This document shows positions 35,540 through 50,586 of a stretch of DNA of 64,000 nt, in pieces. Positions within the stretch are counted from its first letter, which is position 1. Each line of letters opens with the position of its first letter. The DNA is from the human T2T-CHM13v2.0 reference genome, Homo sapiens, in NCBI RefSeq assembly GCF_009914755.1, contig NC_060935.1; one strand, 5' to 3'. Both the position numbers and the translations under genes were made by a program. A model generated the notes under the pieces. It saw nothing but the letters and a program-made list of their open reading frames with translations. It did not search any database and was not told the DNA's origin.

Positions 35540-38500
35540 TCTTTTCTTATTCTAAATAAATATTTGCGAGATTTGTGTTTGGACCTACAGTTGTATCTGT
35601 AACAGTGTATTCTTTTCTTAAAGAGGCTCCCCCCAAATTGTATATACTTCAGCTCTCACAAAACCTGGATCCACCCCTACTGCCAAGCCAAAATTCAGCA
35701 AATTTTGAAAGAATGAATTTGAGACTTATCTTAAATTTTGACTAAGATTTAGGTCTCAGAAATGGCAGAGCAGAGACCCTGACCAAGAGGACAAACCCAG
35801 AAGGAAGCTATGGTGGGGTTCTGGAAACACATAAAGACAGACCTCCCCCAGGGATCTCTCCCAGTTTCCTCCAGAGAGGGACTCTTTCCTTCTGGCATAT
35901 TCCAATCGCCCTGTAAGTGTTCTTTAGCTCATTATACATTCTGCCTTCTGAAAAATTACTAATGTCCATATCAATCCCTCCACCCAGAGTAGCAATTGTC
36001 AGAAAGCAGAAACCAGGTATCCTTCATCTCTGTACCAAGACTTCAGCAAGGGGCCTGTTGCAAACCAGGAACCAATAAGTAGTTGTTGAATTGAATTGAA
36101 TTGAGGAACCCATGGATTTAGGAACATAAAAGAGTGCACAAAAGCAAAGTTACTAACTCATTTCTTTATTGCATGATGTTTTCCAGATCTCAGTTTCCTT
36201 CTGTGAAATGAAGGCATTAAATCTATTGATCCCTAGAAGGGCAATTGTGAACCTGACAGTAGTGAACTAATTAACATCTCTGAACTCTATATTCTCAGAG
36301 TGCAGGTTTTATGCCTTGAATTGAGGTGAAATCCAATCTGGAAGCCTCATGTTCATTAAAAAAGCCTTCAGCATTCCTTGGAAGTGTCAGATGTTGGCCT
36401 GACCAAATTTCAGCAGGGATAATTGCATTCTGACAACTTTGAGTTCCCCTGAACTCTTCAATTGAATAAGGTAAGCTTCGCTTCCCATCCCAAATTATTT
36501 TACACTGCTGTCCTTGGCCTTTAAACAGAGATGTCACCTCATTTGTAAGCTGTTTTATTCTTTCTTATAAAGGGTTATGTACCTTTGCTGAGGTTCAATA
36601 ATTTTTAACACTTAAGGCATCGTATAATTTCACATAATTCCTTTGGATGAAAGGCTGTTCCTGCAAACTATCTCCAAACTATTTTAGGGCCTTATAATTT
36701 GTTCTCCAGTGCTGACGACAGTTACTTTGAATGATATGAAAACTCCTTCATAGTGAATGATCTCAGTGTTTATAGGAGGAGAATGAAATGAGATAAAAAT
36801 TCAAATACTCTTTCTCATAGGTACACCATCTTGGCTCTAAAAGTTTTCAAGGGCCACACGTGTTATCTAGTCAGTAGAATAAATACAGATTCCAGTGGGT
36901 TGTACACTGGAGACTCAAACATCCCCAACCTGACTTGATATAACTTTCAGTCTAATAAAGGAATGAGAACCTGTGTGAAAGGTATTGGAAAGTGAGGCAG
37001 CTCCATAAATACTTGTGGGATCACAATGACATTTATTTGTTTATTTTCTGCCTTTGCTATGGAATGCAGTAACAGAACACTAATGTGCCATGACTTGCCC
37101 TCATACCCATTTACAGCAAGAAAGCTCTGTAAAATCATTTGTTTAATATTAGGGAGGTAATTTAACCCATTTTACTGGGCTTTATTTTATTAGAAGCTGC
37201 TATAATAGGTTTGCATCTAATAATTTTACTTTGGTTATAATAATAACATCCTTTTCCTCATAATGATGAAATTTTTTCCACTCCTTTGATGTCTGTGCCA
37301 ATTGCTATCTATTGTAATATTTAACTTCAGAATTAAAATGAATTCCTTCCTTCATCTGTAGCTCTTTAAAAAGCCAGGTTGTGAATACAATGACAGCAAA
37401 TCAAACCCAAACCTGAGGTTTGCTTAACAGCTGAATGACCCTGCTGTTTTAAATAGACGGTTCATTCCTTCCATCACCAAATGTTTACTGAGTACTTCCT
37501 TTGGCCAAATACAGGTGTTAAAAAACTTGCTATACCAATATGACCCTCTTACTTTGCTGCTTCTTGACATGGATAGTGTATACCTTGGAAAAAAGTAACA
37601 ATTTCATAAATTATATCTGGAGTTAAAATAAATAAAAATGGGACGTGGAGGAAAGGAAAGGAAAGGAAGAAAGGTATGGTCATGAATTAGAAAGTAAAGT
37701 TCCTGTAGGAGGTCTTCTTAACTATTTTTGGACTTCTGGAATCTCTTTTCTAAAAAACATATGCACTTTCCAAATTTTGCTTAGAATTTTGGCATATTTA
37801 CAGACTCACAGAAGCCCCTCCAAGCAACCCAGCTCCATAACAGTACATTTGGATGAAGTTGAGGAAGCATTCAAGTGGCCACACAAAGCACGCAATGTGC
37901 CCCTTGAAAGATTTCCCATGTGGTTATTGACCTTGTGCCAGAGTTTTATGCATTGCTCAGCCATGTCACTCCAGACAGGGAGCTTCCTGTTATGACCTTA
38001 AGTACATTATTATTATTATTATAGTTAGTGAAAATTCTCCTAATCTTGTGACCATTTTATTTATAGTTAGGGAGCCTTCACTGGAGTATGAGATGAAGCA
38101 GGACAAGAGAAAGGAGTGGTTTTTCAAGAAAAAGCATTTGAAAGTAAAAAAAACAAATAAAATTAAAGCACCCACTGGGAATGAATGGGAAGAATATGGA
38201 AATTAAAATTACTATATGACTCTCCCCTCCACTTGATGTGGGAAAAAATAATATTGATTTTCCTCTTCTACCTTAATGGAAAGAAATCTGATTGTCTTTT
38301 AGATCAGCTTTTTAAAGAACATCTAATCCTTAATAGTTAAACAAATCATAGAAGAGTATTTTTAAAAGTGAGGCATTTCAATTTAGCAAGGACTTTCCTT
38401 AGAACCCCTAAAATTTTTTTAAAATGCAATGGATATCCACACAATGCAAAGAGAAATACTGCATCAGCAAAAGGGCCATAGGTATGGTGTTTGTTAAAAA

Positions 38501-38599
38501 ATAAAGTAGGCATATGTACTGCTAAGCAGACAATTTTGAGCCTCATTGTTTTCTAGCTCATTTTTTTCCTTTGAGGGAATTCTGGGCTTAATTTTTTTT

Positions 38600-39860
38600 T
38601 TTTTTAATCAGTTGCTGACCACCAAGTGCCTTGGTGTCATCCTGGCTCCTCTCTTCCTCTCACACCCCATGTCCAATCCATCAACAAACCCTGCCAGCCC
38701 TCTATCTTTGAACCAACAACTTTCTACCCCCATACTCACTTGGTCCTTGCTGTCATTACCTTTCCTTCTTTTTCTCTCTCTTTTTTTTTTTTTTTTTTTT
38801 GACAGGGTCTCATTCTATCACCCAGGCTGGAGTGCAGTGGCATGATCTCAGCTCACTGCAACCTCTGCTTCCGAGTTCAAGCGATCCTCGTGCCTCAGCC
38901 TTCCAGGTCACTGGGGCTACTGGCCTGTGTCACCATGCCTGGATAATTTTTTATTTTTAGTAGAGATGGGGTTTCACCATGTTGCCCAGGCTGGTCTTGA
39001 ACTCCTGGCCTCAAGTGATCAGCCCACCTCAGTCTTTCAGTGCTAGGATTGCAAGCGTGAGCCACTGCGCCAGCCGTTAGCTTTCACCTGAGTTATTTTA
39101 TCAGCTCTCCATCAGCCTACCTGCTCCCACCCTGGCCCATTTTCAGTAGTGTGTCTACAGTATCCCAAAGCACAGCACTCAGATCATTTCCGAACAGAAG
39201 CCAGGTCAAGTGGCTCCTCTGTTCAAACTCTCCAGGGGCTTCCAACCTCATTTGGCACAAAGCTGGCATTCTTATAAGACTTACAGCTTGGTTCTTATGG
39301 GATCTGTGAGGCTCTGCATTATTTTCCTCCTCCTCAAGGCTCCCACTACTTCTCTGACTATATCTCCTTCAACTCTCACCATCGCTCATTTTGTTCCAAC
39401 CACACTGACTGTCTTACAATTCTTTAATCATGTCCCTCTTCAGTACCTATGAGTTCCCTTCTCAGCCTGCTAGAGACTTGCTTCTGACAACTACATGTCT
39501 CATTTTCTTACTCTCTCACATTTTTGGTTAAAGGTCACTTTGTCAGAGAAGTCTTCTTTGACCACCTCAAATGCACCTTATCCCCACTGTCTGTCCTCTC
39601 CTCTTGCCCTGCACCCCTTGGCATTTCCTAGAATGGTATTCTACTTTATTTTCTTCTAAAGTATTTATCAATGATTGACATTTTGTATCTTTGTTTATTG
39701 TTTGAATCACTCTATCAGACTACAAGCCCTGTGAAGGCAGGGACTTCATCTATTTTGTTCCCTGTTATGTATTAATCTCTTGGAACGTATCTTGTGTCTA
39801 GTTGGTACCCCATAAATGCTTGCAGAGTGACTGATGAATGAATGAATGAGTGAGTGAATA
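38600..39860 (+). mobile_element. L2 LINE 3' region (interrupted by the Alu at 38762-39074)
   Basis: L2-like body ending ...GAAGGCAGGGAC...ATAAATGCTTG...(TGAA)n. Confidence 0.7.
38762..39074 (-). mobile_element. Alu (J/S)
   Basis: Poly-T plus dimeric Alu. Confidence 0.9.
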
Positions 39861-40551
39861 AATGAGTAGAGATTGACTATGAACTAGACTCTGCTATGGT
39901 TAGAGCAGTGAAAAAGACAGACCTGGCTACTGGCTTTATGATGCTCACACTCTACCAGTTATTGGCATTCTTATTTTCTCTAAAATGTAGCTCAAATTCC
40001 CTTTACAATCAGTTGAAAACAGAATGAAGAAAAAGTGGGGGAAAGATACAGTGGTACAGTATGATACTGGTTAAGGAAAGAGGAGGGTCAAGATTTTAAT
40101 GTACAATGTGTTACAGAGTTTCAACACTTTCTGTACTATATTAGTGTCATAAATACTGGAGTTCATTTAGGAAGGCTTCAGATACATCCTGTTCCAAAAT
40201 TTGCCCTGTGGACTCTCTTTATAATACCCATCAAGGGAAGGAAGATAGAAGTCAAGCCAAACTGCTTGACGATGTTTTATCTCACAGGCATTCTTCACAA
40301 ATGCTTCCTTTACCCAACATTATTCTTAGAGCACATTCTGCATGGAAAACTCACACCTTATTACTTGCTTTGTTTCACTGAATACCTACTTGCTTTTTCT
40401 GGCTTATTCATATGTCCAGTGTTTCATGTGCAGCAAAACCCAGGAGCATCACAGGCTACCTGAATTCTCAGGGGCAAGTTGGAAATTTTGAAAATTATTT
40501 TCCATGTCCCCATAGAAAATTCTTGAGCCATCCTTGACCTTCTTCTTCTGC

Positions 40552-40855
40552 CTTTTTTTTTTTTTTTTTTTTTTTGACAAGGTCTGGCTCTGTTGCCTAG
40601 GCTGTAGTGAAGTGGCACGATCTCGGCTCACTGCAAACTCTGCCTCCTAGGTTTAAGTAATTCTCATGCCTCAGCCTCCCAAGTAGCTGGCATTACAGCT
40701 GTGCACCACCAAGCCCCGCTAATTTTTGTGTTTTTAGTAGAGATGGGGTTTCGCCATGTTGGCCAAGCTGGTCTCAAACTCCTGACCTCAGGTGATCTGC
40801 CCACCTCAGCCTCCCAAAGTGCTGAGATTACAGGTGTGAGCCACTGCACTTGGCT
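40552..40855 (-). mobile_element. AluS
   Basis: Poly-T plus dimeric Alu. Confidence 0.93.
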
Positions 40856-40888
40856 CTGCATAACTTTTTAAAGCTGGTTTAGTGATAA

Positions 40889-41193
<305 letters not shown>

Positions 41194-44100
41194 GGATTTT
41201 CCCTTCTTAATCTATGGACAGTTCTCCAGCCACTTTGAACTGTGAAGAAGCCATTGTAGGAGCCTTGCTAAGTAGAGGGGCAAAGGTAAGCTTCAGGATC
41301 CTTTAAAGACTCATTGACATTTTAGGGATGGCTTAGGACAGTAATTGATTATTTTGCTACTGTGGAAATGGGCCTTTTTATTTCCAGCTGTATGGCTCAA
41401 GGAGTCAGAAAATAGACCATTTATTTATTTATTTATTTGTTTATTAGCTAGTGGGTTTTTCCTACAATCATAGAATACTGAGTAGATTTATTTTGCTTCT
41501 TGAGATTAAATTCATAATAGAGGATGGTCAGAATTTGCCTGGGGATTTTATGGGTATAAATTAAAATGACAATAGTTGTTATAATATAGGAAGTGCAGGA
41601 GTGCCACACTGTCCTCCTTCAGTGCTAGTTTTCCATCTGGTTCCACCAAATAATATCTTGGCTAGATATGAAGGACTTCTATTTGAACCACTATCACCCA
41701 TCTAAGTTGCCTGGACCAATGAGTGTTCTGGTCACTGAGGGGAATTGCAGAATGGGTTGGATAGTTCTGAACAAAGTCTTGAGGGAAAAAATGGGGATCA
41801 CTTTCAGACAATCATTGGGTGATCCTTGGATGACATGTTGGCTGCTGTCATTGGGTGGACCTCACTAGCTGATGAGAAGAAAGCTAATATAGCTGCTCAA
41901 GTCAGGTGATGCACAGGGGTCCAGGAATGGAAAGGGAACTATATGTGGGCACTGAGCCAGTTCTCTGCTGGTGACTGCTTTGGGCTGACAACAAATGGTA
42001 CTTTGGCCACCTTCAGCTGTCTCTCCCTATTCTGTTCGAATCCTGTCTGTCTCAACAGTCATCCTCTCTTCTCAGTCCTGGAATATTTACTTGGTGTGGA
42101 GAAAGAAAATAAAATGTAATCATTTATTCTTATAAATATTTTGTTGAGTAACACTTAGATCACAGTTCTTGAAACTCGAGAGCCAATCAGTTACTTTCTT
42201 CCTTAGTTCCATGCTCACAACCTTCTCTAAGGCAAAGGGGGAATTTACTGCAGCTGCCAGGGCTGAGGAAAGTGTCACAGAGTCTATGTGAAGAAATGAA
42301 ATGGGGAGTTGAGGTGGAAGTGGTGGAGGTGGAGTGGGGAAGACAGTGGATCACAGTTCAAAATATTCTCTTGCCCTACTACCATTTCATTCCTGGTTAG
42401 GATGCTCTATGCCAAACCGTGTATCGGGCACCTTATTTAACTTTTATAACAACTCTGTGGAAAATATATTGTTTTCTGATTTAATAAATGAGGCAAAGGA
42501 AACCCAGAGAGGTTAAGTAATGTATACAAGATCATACAACCAGTAGGCAGCAGACCTGGTGTTCAAAGTCAGGGCTTTCTAATTCCCAGATCTGTTTGCA
42601 TGACCACTCATTCACTAGCCATATTGTGAGCCCAGAGAGATGCATTTTGAGAAAAAAAAAATGCCATGTCCTCTCCCTTACTTTATTTCTATATTTCTAA
42701 CACCAGTTTAAATGGAGGTCTCATACAAATTGGTGCTGTGGGGTGACCATTCTTTTCGGCTTAGACCTGGACTATGTGGTAAGGGTACACATATAGCTGG
42801 AATGTTAAGAGGTCAAGCTTCTTTTTGCTATCTGAGCCATTACAGAGGTGTCAGCTTTTCTTTTATCTTCTGGGGGTATCTCCTATGGAAGTCCTAAGGA
42901 CCTGCAGGTACCCAGCCTGCATCTAGCACTGTCCTTCCTTAGAAAGCGGTGGAAAACAGCAAGCGATTGTTTTCTTCCCTTTCACTCACAAGTCTCTTTG
43001 CTTTCACCTGGGACTCCTTCTAGCAAACTCTATTCTTCCATTTTCCTCTGGATGGCTACTCTGGCCCATTGCCAGCTCTGCAGGAAAACAAGAAGCCTTC
43101 CTTTCTGGGATAAGAGATTTCTCATTCCCCACTGCAGCTCCCTCAGTAGATAAAGATTTTTGGCACGTTTTCAAGGATGTTGCAGCTGAATTATCCACCT
43201 CTGTGCTTCTTCCATTTGCTTTTATGACATTTCTTCCGTTCTCCATTGTTTCTTGCAACTTTTCTTGATGACAAAAGATACCCCCCATTTACATTTGAAA
43301 AAGGGTAACGACTGCTGTTACAAAGCCAGAACAATACCCACTGAAGCTGAGCTTACTCAGTTGAATAGTCGTTTAATATTTTAATAAAATAAAGACCTCT
43401 TTTAGTACCTGCTGCTGCGTCTGTGAAGTTTATGATGCATCTTTTATATTCATTTCCACTTTTAAATTATAATATTTTCCCTCTCACCCTAGAACAGCTT
43501 AATACACTGCAGGGAACACTTTCCCTTGATGATGAAAACAATATTTTTAAGGTAAGTGGGGCTAATAGTTTAAGTATAACCAGAGGACTCATTAAAGAAT
43601 GTGTTCAATGTCCCAGTACCTGGAATCTCACTTCTAAACCACTACTATTTGTGCTTCAGTTTAAAATACTGTTGATTGATAATTTCTGGAGGGAAATAAA
43701 GCATTTGTGTAAGGTTAATAAAAATCAGTTAGTAACTCCTGCTAGCTAACCCCTACAAAGCTTCAAATGATGACATTATCTTGGTGAAGTTAGATGATCC
43801 AGAATCTGAGCTTTGAGACTTACAGCCTCTGAAACCCGATTTGTCATTACATAGAGAGAAGTATTATTCTCTCAAAGTCAGATTTATATTAACTGGGCAT
43901 ATCAAGATTGTTATATAAATTGCCAATATTAGTTGATCAATTTTTAAAAAGAAATGTAGTTATCATTTGCCCTGGAATAATTGTGTAGCAGGAATCAGCA
44001 CATTCTTTCCCTCCGTGAAGACCTACAGGTGAAACCAAATTATAAGCAGAAGATTGTAGCATGATCATAGAATCTGTATAAAGAGATTAAATTTATTCCA

Positions 44101-46186
44101 ATGTCAGGCTAAGATTACCTGACACAGTGGTGATTCTCCACTCTGGCTATGTCTCTGGGACTATTGGAGTCTACGAAATTTTCAGAAGCTTGGGATCCAT
44201 TTCAGACCTACGATTAGGGCAAGACATTTGTATTTGTTTTCTCTTAAAAACCATATGTGATTCTCTTGGTTATCAGGGTTGAGATAATTGGTCTGAAGCA
44301 TTTGTCTCCACTACAGGAATGATTTTGCAATGGTGCCATATTATTCAAAGTCCACTGGGCAAGATTCTCTCCCTCTTGGATAGTATGTAGAATCACAGCA
44401 CCAACATTTGCTTTGTTTGTTTGTTTGTTTGTTGTCACAGGGACAATCAGTTCTCTCTTTAGATAGGTTTTTGCATCTAGACAAATGCATACTCTGGCCA
44501 GATTCCTTTCAATTTTTGGTAACTTTCTCCATCTCTGCTCTCATCCGGCTTGCCTGGAACATACAATTAAATCTTCAGAAAATATTGTTTCTTTCTTTGC
44601 AAGCTTTGAGAGACCCCTGTTATTTTAATCCCACGTTCCACTTTGTCAACCAAGAAAAATCAGTGGGCAAAAGATATTTTTCCAGCTAAGTAAGTTTATG
44701 CAAAGATAAGATATTCCACGGAAGTATGTACTTGTTTTCATAAGGACCACATCCAGAGGCTTTCGGCCCTTCCCCATGTTGTAGCTAGATCATCTTTCTT
44801 TTAAACATAAGGTTTTTTTTGTTTGTTTTTTGTTTTGTCTAAACTCTGAAAACTACTTCCAAGGCAGCAGGAAGTACGATCTGTGCACTGCTTACTTCTC
44901 TCATCGCATCCCTCTCCCTCATCTCCTCAGTCATGCTTCAGCCATTTTTGAACTTTGTTCAGTTCCTTGAATGTGCAATTCTTACATTTTCTCTGCCTAG
45001 AACACTATCATCCTCTTCTTCATCCATTAGCTCTTCTCTTCCTTTGGTTCCTCAATGTCACTTGCTCTGTGAGGCCTTCCCTGATTTCCTCACTTGATTT
45101 AGAAATCTTAACCATGTACTCTCATGGTACCCTTGATCTCCATGGTCAAAACTCATATCATGTTTCTTAAAATTGCTCAGTGACTTGCCATTGCTTTTAG
45201 GATAAAGTCCAAATTTAGCCTACTATTTAATCAACAGTCCACCTCTTGGGGTCTTATTCCTCTGTCCTCTGGACCATTCTTTCTCAAGGATGCTTTATTT
45301 TAGCCATTCGTGGTTACTTCTTAGCCATCTATTAAGTATCTTTATTATTGGGTCGATACATTAGAAAGATATCTTGGCTTTTTATGTTGGATCTATATTG
45401 CGATTAGAATTAAGCATATGTTCTTTGCAAATCATTATAGACAAAAGAGTAGAGAGGTGTGATGTTTTCAAGGTGGATTTAGTTAAAAAATTTTAAGATA
45501 TTCTCTTTCTTTACTACTTCTGAGTTTAATTTCTGGAGGCAACCACTCTTGTTAATCACTGCGCCCATGTGCTACCCATGTCTATGTCTTTACTGAATTG
45601 AATAAGGGGGAAAGAATCTTTTTGTAAGCATAGAGTCACAGTCAATCACATTTCCCAGGCTTAATTGAGAGGAAGCTAGCATATCAATGTGTTTGCTCTA
45701 GGCCGATCCCAGATTTTCCAGTAGAGTTAGAATTTCATGTAATTTTATATTTTCTACATTGGCATTGTGTTAAATGCGTCCCTAAATGGAAATTCATTTT
45801 TAGAACTTGTAAAGGTATAAGTAAATTCAAAAACTTTTCAAAAACCCTTTGTCAAGCTATGTAACTATAAATAACTGTATCTCTCTGGTTTGGCAAATCC
45901 TGTGGCTGTGTATATAGAAGCTCCATCTTTCTCCAATAGTCATGTAAAGGGAACAACGTTTCCTCAGCCTCTTTACAATCTTTCCTCCCATCTTGGATGC
46001 CCATACTCTTCATATATACCCCTCTTTTCAGACAGACCTGGATTCAATTTTGGCTCACTTTCTTATTAGCTCTGCTGTTTGAATTTTCACTCTTCTGCTG
46101 TAAAGGCTAATAATATGAAATGGGGGAAATTAACTGAGATAATGTATGCCAAATGTTCGGCATGGTTCCTGGTTAAGACAAAAAAG

Positions 46187-46492
46187 CTGCTGGGCATGGT
46201 GGCTCATACCTGTAATCCCAGCACTTTGTTAGGCAGAGGTGGGATGATTGCTTGAGCCCAGGAGTTTGAGACCAGCCTGGGCAAGAAGGTGAGACTCCAT
46301 CTCTACAAAATATTTAAAAATTAGCCAGGCAAGGTGGCATGTGCCTGTAGTCCTAGCTACAGGGGGAGCTGAGGCAGGAAGATAGCTTAAGCCTAGGAGG
46401 TAGAGGCTACAGTGAACCATGATCACACCACTGCACTCTATCCTGGGCGATGGAGCTAGACCCTATCAAATAAATAAATAAATAAATAAATA
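46187..46492 (+). mobile_element. AluJ with (AAAT)n tail
   Basis: CTGGGCATGGTGGCTCATACCTGTAATCCCAGC... body. Confidence 0.92.
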
Positions 46493-47054
46493 AGAGTTTG
46501 GTTTGATTTCCCTTCAGTGACACTAAATTCTCCATTTCCAGAACCTATCTTCAAGCCCCAATATTATTGCATATTCTTTTTATTCTACCATGAAGCCTTC
46601 CCAAACTCTTTCAGAGTTAGTTTCTTCTTTCTCCAGGCACCCTCAGCCTTTTTGTTCTTATCACTCTAGTAAGACTTCTCTCCCCGTTTTGGAAATCAAT
46701 AACTTGCCCCAAATTCTGTCAGCTGCTCCAGAGATAGGCACTGCCTTATTCATTACTCTGTCCCTAGGGATTAAAATAGTATCTCCTCAGAAGTTGTTGT
46801 GAGGATTAAGTGAGTTAATACCTGCAGAGCTCCTAAAAAAGTACCTAGCACATAGGAAATGCTCCATGAGCATCAGCTATGTCATTAGTTTTTTATTATC
46901 ATTAGTGCCCAGCACAGGGACTTGTATAGAGCAAGTACTCAATATAGGCTGAATGAATGAGAAATGGGAAGAGGGAAAATATGCACACCTTTCTTCTCAT
47001 TATAGTAGCTTATCATCTTAGAAACAAATAGTGCAATTGACCACTTATTTTCAT

Positions 47055-47372
47055 CTCCTTTTTAAAATTATTTTTCTGAGACTCTCCCTCTGTTGTCCAG
47101 GCTGTTGCCCAAGCTACAGTGCAGTGACAGATTCACAACCCCTTTACTGCAGCCTCCTTGAACTCCTGGGCTGAAGGAATCCCCAGATATCAGCCTCCCA
47201 GTAGCTAGGACTACAAGTGCATGCCAATACATCTGGCTAATTTTTCAATTTTTTATTTGTAGAGACAGGGTCTCACCTTCCCAGGCTGGTCTTGAACTCC
47301 TGGGCTCAAGCAATCCTCCCACCTTGGCTTCCCAAAGTGCTGTAATTACAGGTGTGAGCCACCACTTCCAGC
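47055..47372 (-). mobile_element. AluJ (diverged)
   Basis: Dimeric Alu reverse complement. Confidence 0.85.
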
Positions 47373-47419
47373 TCATCTCCCTTTTTATGATGACAACTCT
47401 TTTTTTTTTTTGGAAAGCC

Positions 47420-48420
47420 ATCTCTCTTTGTGCATGTGGTTCAAAGGGTACTGAACCCATTTCCTCAGCTCGAGGTTGAGCAGGCAATCTAGACATGGTT
47501 GCTTAGCATGTCTTATTCCCTATTGTGACATTGTGCTTGGAGGATAAGGACATGACTCAAGTGGTCCAATGAGAGTCAGACTTAGGACTTTGGTTGGCAC
47601 TCCCAGAAAAGAGGTAGTATTTACCACGGGTTTACTAATTTACTCAGATATAAGCCTGGGGCTGTGAATGGCCATGTTTGCTGCTGATGGGAGAGAATTA
47701 GCCTGGGAACAAAGCCAACTCAGAGCAAAGAAGAGCCAAAAGATATAGACAGATGTTTGATGATACCTCCTAAGCCCTTGGATTCAGCTATACCTGAACC
47801 CAAGATCTATCTCTGAAAAATACACACTGGCATGTAACTAAAAATTGTTGTCCGAGAAACCCTGGGGATCCCTGAGAGCCTCTTAGGTGTCTAAAGGGTT
47901 AAAATTATTTTCACAATAATAAGATGTTATTTATATTTTTCACTGCCATCCCCTCAGGAGCATATGGTGGAGCTTTACAGGCTAAGTTGTATGTGACAGT
48001 GCAGTTGATGGAATGTAGAAGCAGATAGAAGAATGTAGCTGTCTTCTATTAAGCTAGACATTACAGAGATTTACAAAAATGTAAAATGATGGCATTCTTC
48101 TCATGATATATTTTTACTTTGGAATATATAGCTACTTTAAAAATAAAATATGCTATTAGATAAGCATATAATGGGTGTATAGTTGCTATTTTTAAGTGAA
48201 TAAGTAAATATTTAGAAATGATTATCAGTATGAATTTCTAATCTGGTAAATACTGATCAATATTACCCATATAGGCAAAAGGTCTTTGGGAGGTCATCAG
48301 TAATTTTTAAGAGTGTAAAGGGATTTTGGAGCCAAAATATTTGTGCACCTCTGAATTATACAAGTCAATAAATTATATATATATAGCTGAGGTCATTTTT
48401 AGTTGGGTCTCAATCACTTT
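47420..48420. mobile_element. Old MaLR LTR (47420-47815, probably resuming ~48355) interrupted by a hAT/Charlie-like DNA element (47825-48350)
   Basis: MLT1-like CATGACTCAAGTGGTCCAATGAGA and CCTTGGATTCAGCTATACCTGAA; AT-rich insert with AAAAGGTCTTTGGGAGGTCATCAGTAATTTTTAAGAGTGTAAAGGG, typical of Charlie relics. Confidence 0.55.
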
Positions 48421-49430
48421 CAAATGAAAGAGACTTGATACTGTATTGCATTTTACAGAAAAATAATATAGCCTTGAGAAATTGGGGATGTCTTTTGGCC
48501 AATAGTAATCTCTCTCTCTCTGTTTTTTTTTGTACAAGAAAATGTCCCCCTATCCCCTGTAATCCAAAAATAAGGAAGAGGCTTGTAATAAGTGAAAGAA
48601 TTCAGGTCCAGAGAATGTTAGAGTGTGTTGCAGTGTGAACCACCTACAGAAAAGAGACCCTTCTGTATCCTAGCAAAGGGATTCATGAATTCTGTCCTTA
48701 TGGGAGTACTGGGGGCTGTTCCAAACCTTTGGGATGTGGGTATGATTTCAGGTCAGCAGGACCAACGTTTTAGGTTAAAGAACAGCAGTTCTTTTGTCTT
48801 TGTAAACTGTCAAAACAAGATTTTATAGCCTGAATACTTAAAATCACTTTCTTCTAATGGGATTTGTTACTTGATTTTTGATTTTTCACCAAAATTGCTC
48901 TCAGTTTCACACTTCATATGTCAAGAAGCTGCTTTGAAAGTGTCTGAAGATTCAGCTGAATGCTGATTTCAGTACTTGGGCAGAACTGATCTATCTGCAG
49001 ATAAGCCAACTTTGGAAAAAGGCCTATAACTGTATTTTTTTTCTCTTAAATTGCAAACATGGATGAGAATGTATGGACCTCTTTATTCAAGTAACACTTA
49101 AGCAGAAAGTCATAATGACATATCATAGTGACATATGGCCAGAGAAGGCCTCTCAGAAGACATGATGTTTGAGCTAAACCCTGTCATGGGAAGATGAGGA
49201 AAAAAGAAGTTACTGGCACAGTGAAGAACAAATGCAAGAGGCCTACAAGGCAAAAGATAAATTTGAAGATCAGAAGGAAGTCAGTGGGGCTGGAGTAGAG
49301 TGAGTAAACAAATTCCATGAAGAAAGAGAAGCAGACAGGAAACCTATCATGCAAGCACTGTACTATAAAAAGTCATTGAAGGATTTCAAATGGTGAGCGT
49401 AGACAAGATGTATAGAGGTATAGAAAGTGA

Positions 49431-49847
<417 letters not shown>

Positions 49848-50249
49848 TACTCATGCTGTTATTTGTATTCAGAGACAGTCTCTCTATCTGCACCTGTTGA
49901 AATCCTATCCAACCTTCAGAGAAGCCTTCAGAAACCATAGCTCCTTGATGAAGCTATGAAGTTTGGCTGTTTGGTGCATGAAAAGCCCATGGGCATTGGC
50001 ATCCAGGAAACTTGGTTTTGTATCCTGCCTCAGTCACTGGCAAAGTCATTGTGCATCTCACGTAAGATTCTTAACCTTTCTGAGATACTTGTTTCCATAT
50101 ATGTGGTAATGATATCCATCTTGAAGAGGTACTGTGAGGATAAAATAAGATGGTATTTGTAAAGAACATGGTATATGATAGGTGCTTCATAAATGTTAGT
50201 TTGCTCCTGTCTTGCAAGGCAGTATGGTAGTGTTTAAGACCATGGGCTT

Positions 50250-50586
50250 GGCCAGGCACGGAGGCTTATGCCTGTAATCCCAACATTTTGGGAGGCCGAG
50301 GCAGGTGGATCACAATGTCAGGAGTTCAAGACCAGACTGGCCAATATGGTGAAACCCCACCTCTACTAAAAATACAAAAAATTATCCAGGTGTGGTGGTG
50401 CGTGCCTGTAGTCCCAGCTACTCGGGAGGCTGAGGCAGAAGAATTGCTTGAACCCAGGAGGCAGGAGGTTGCAGTGAGCTGAGATCGTGCCACTGTACTC
50501 CAGCCTGGGTGACAGAGCAAGACTCCATATCAAAAAACAAACAAACAAACAAACAAAAAACAAAAACAAACAACAACAACAACAAA
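50250..50586 (+). mobile_element. AluS (Sc/Sg-like) with (AAAC)n tail, inserted in a MIR
   Basis: GGCCAGGCACGG... body; MIR sequence on both sides. Confidence 0.92.
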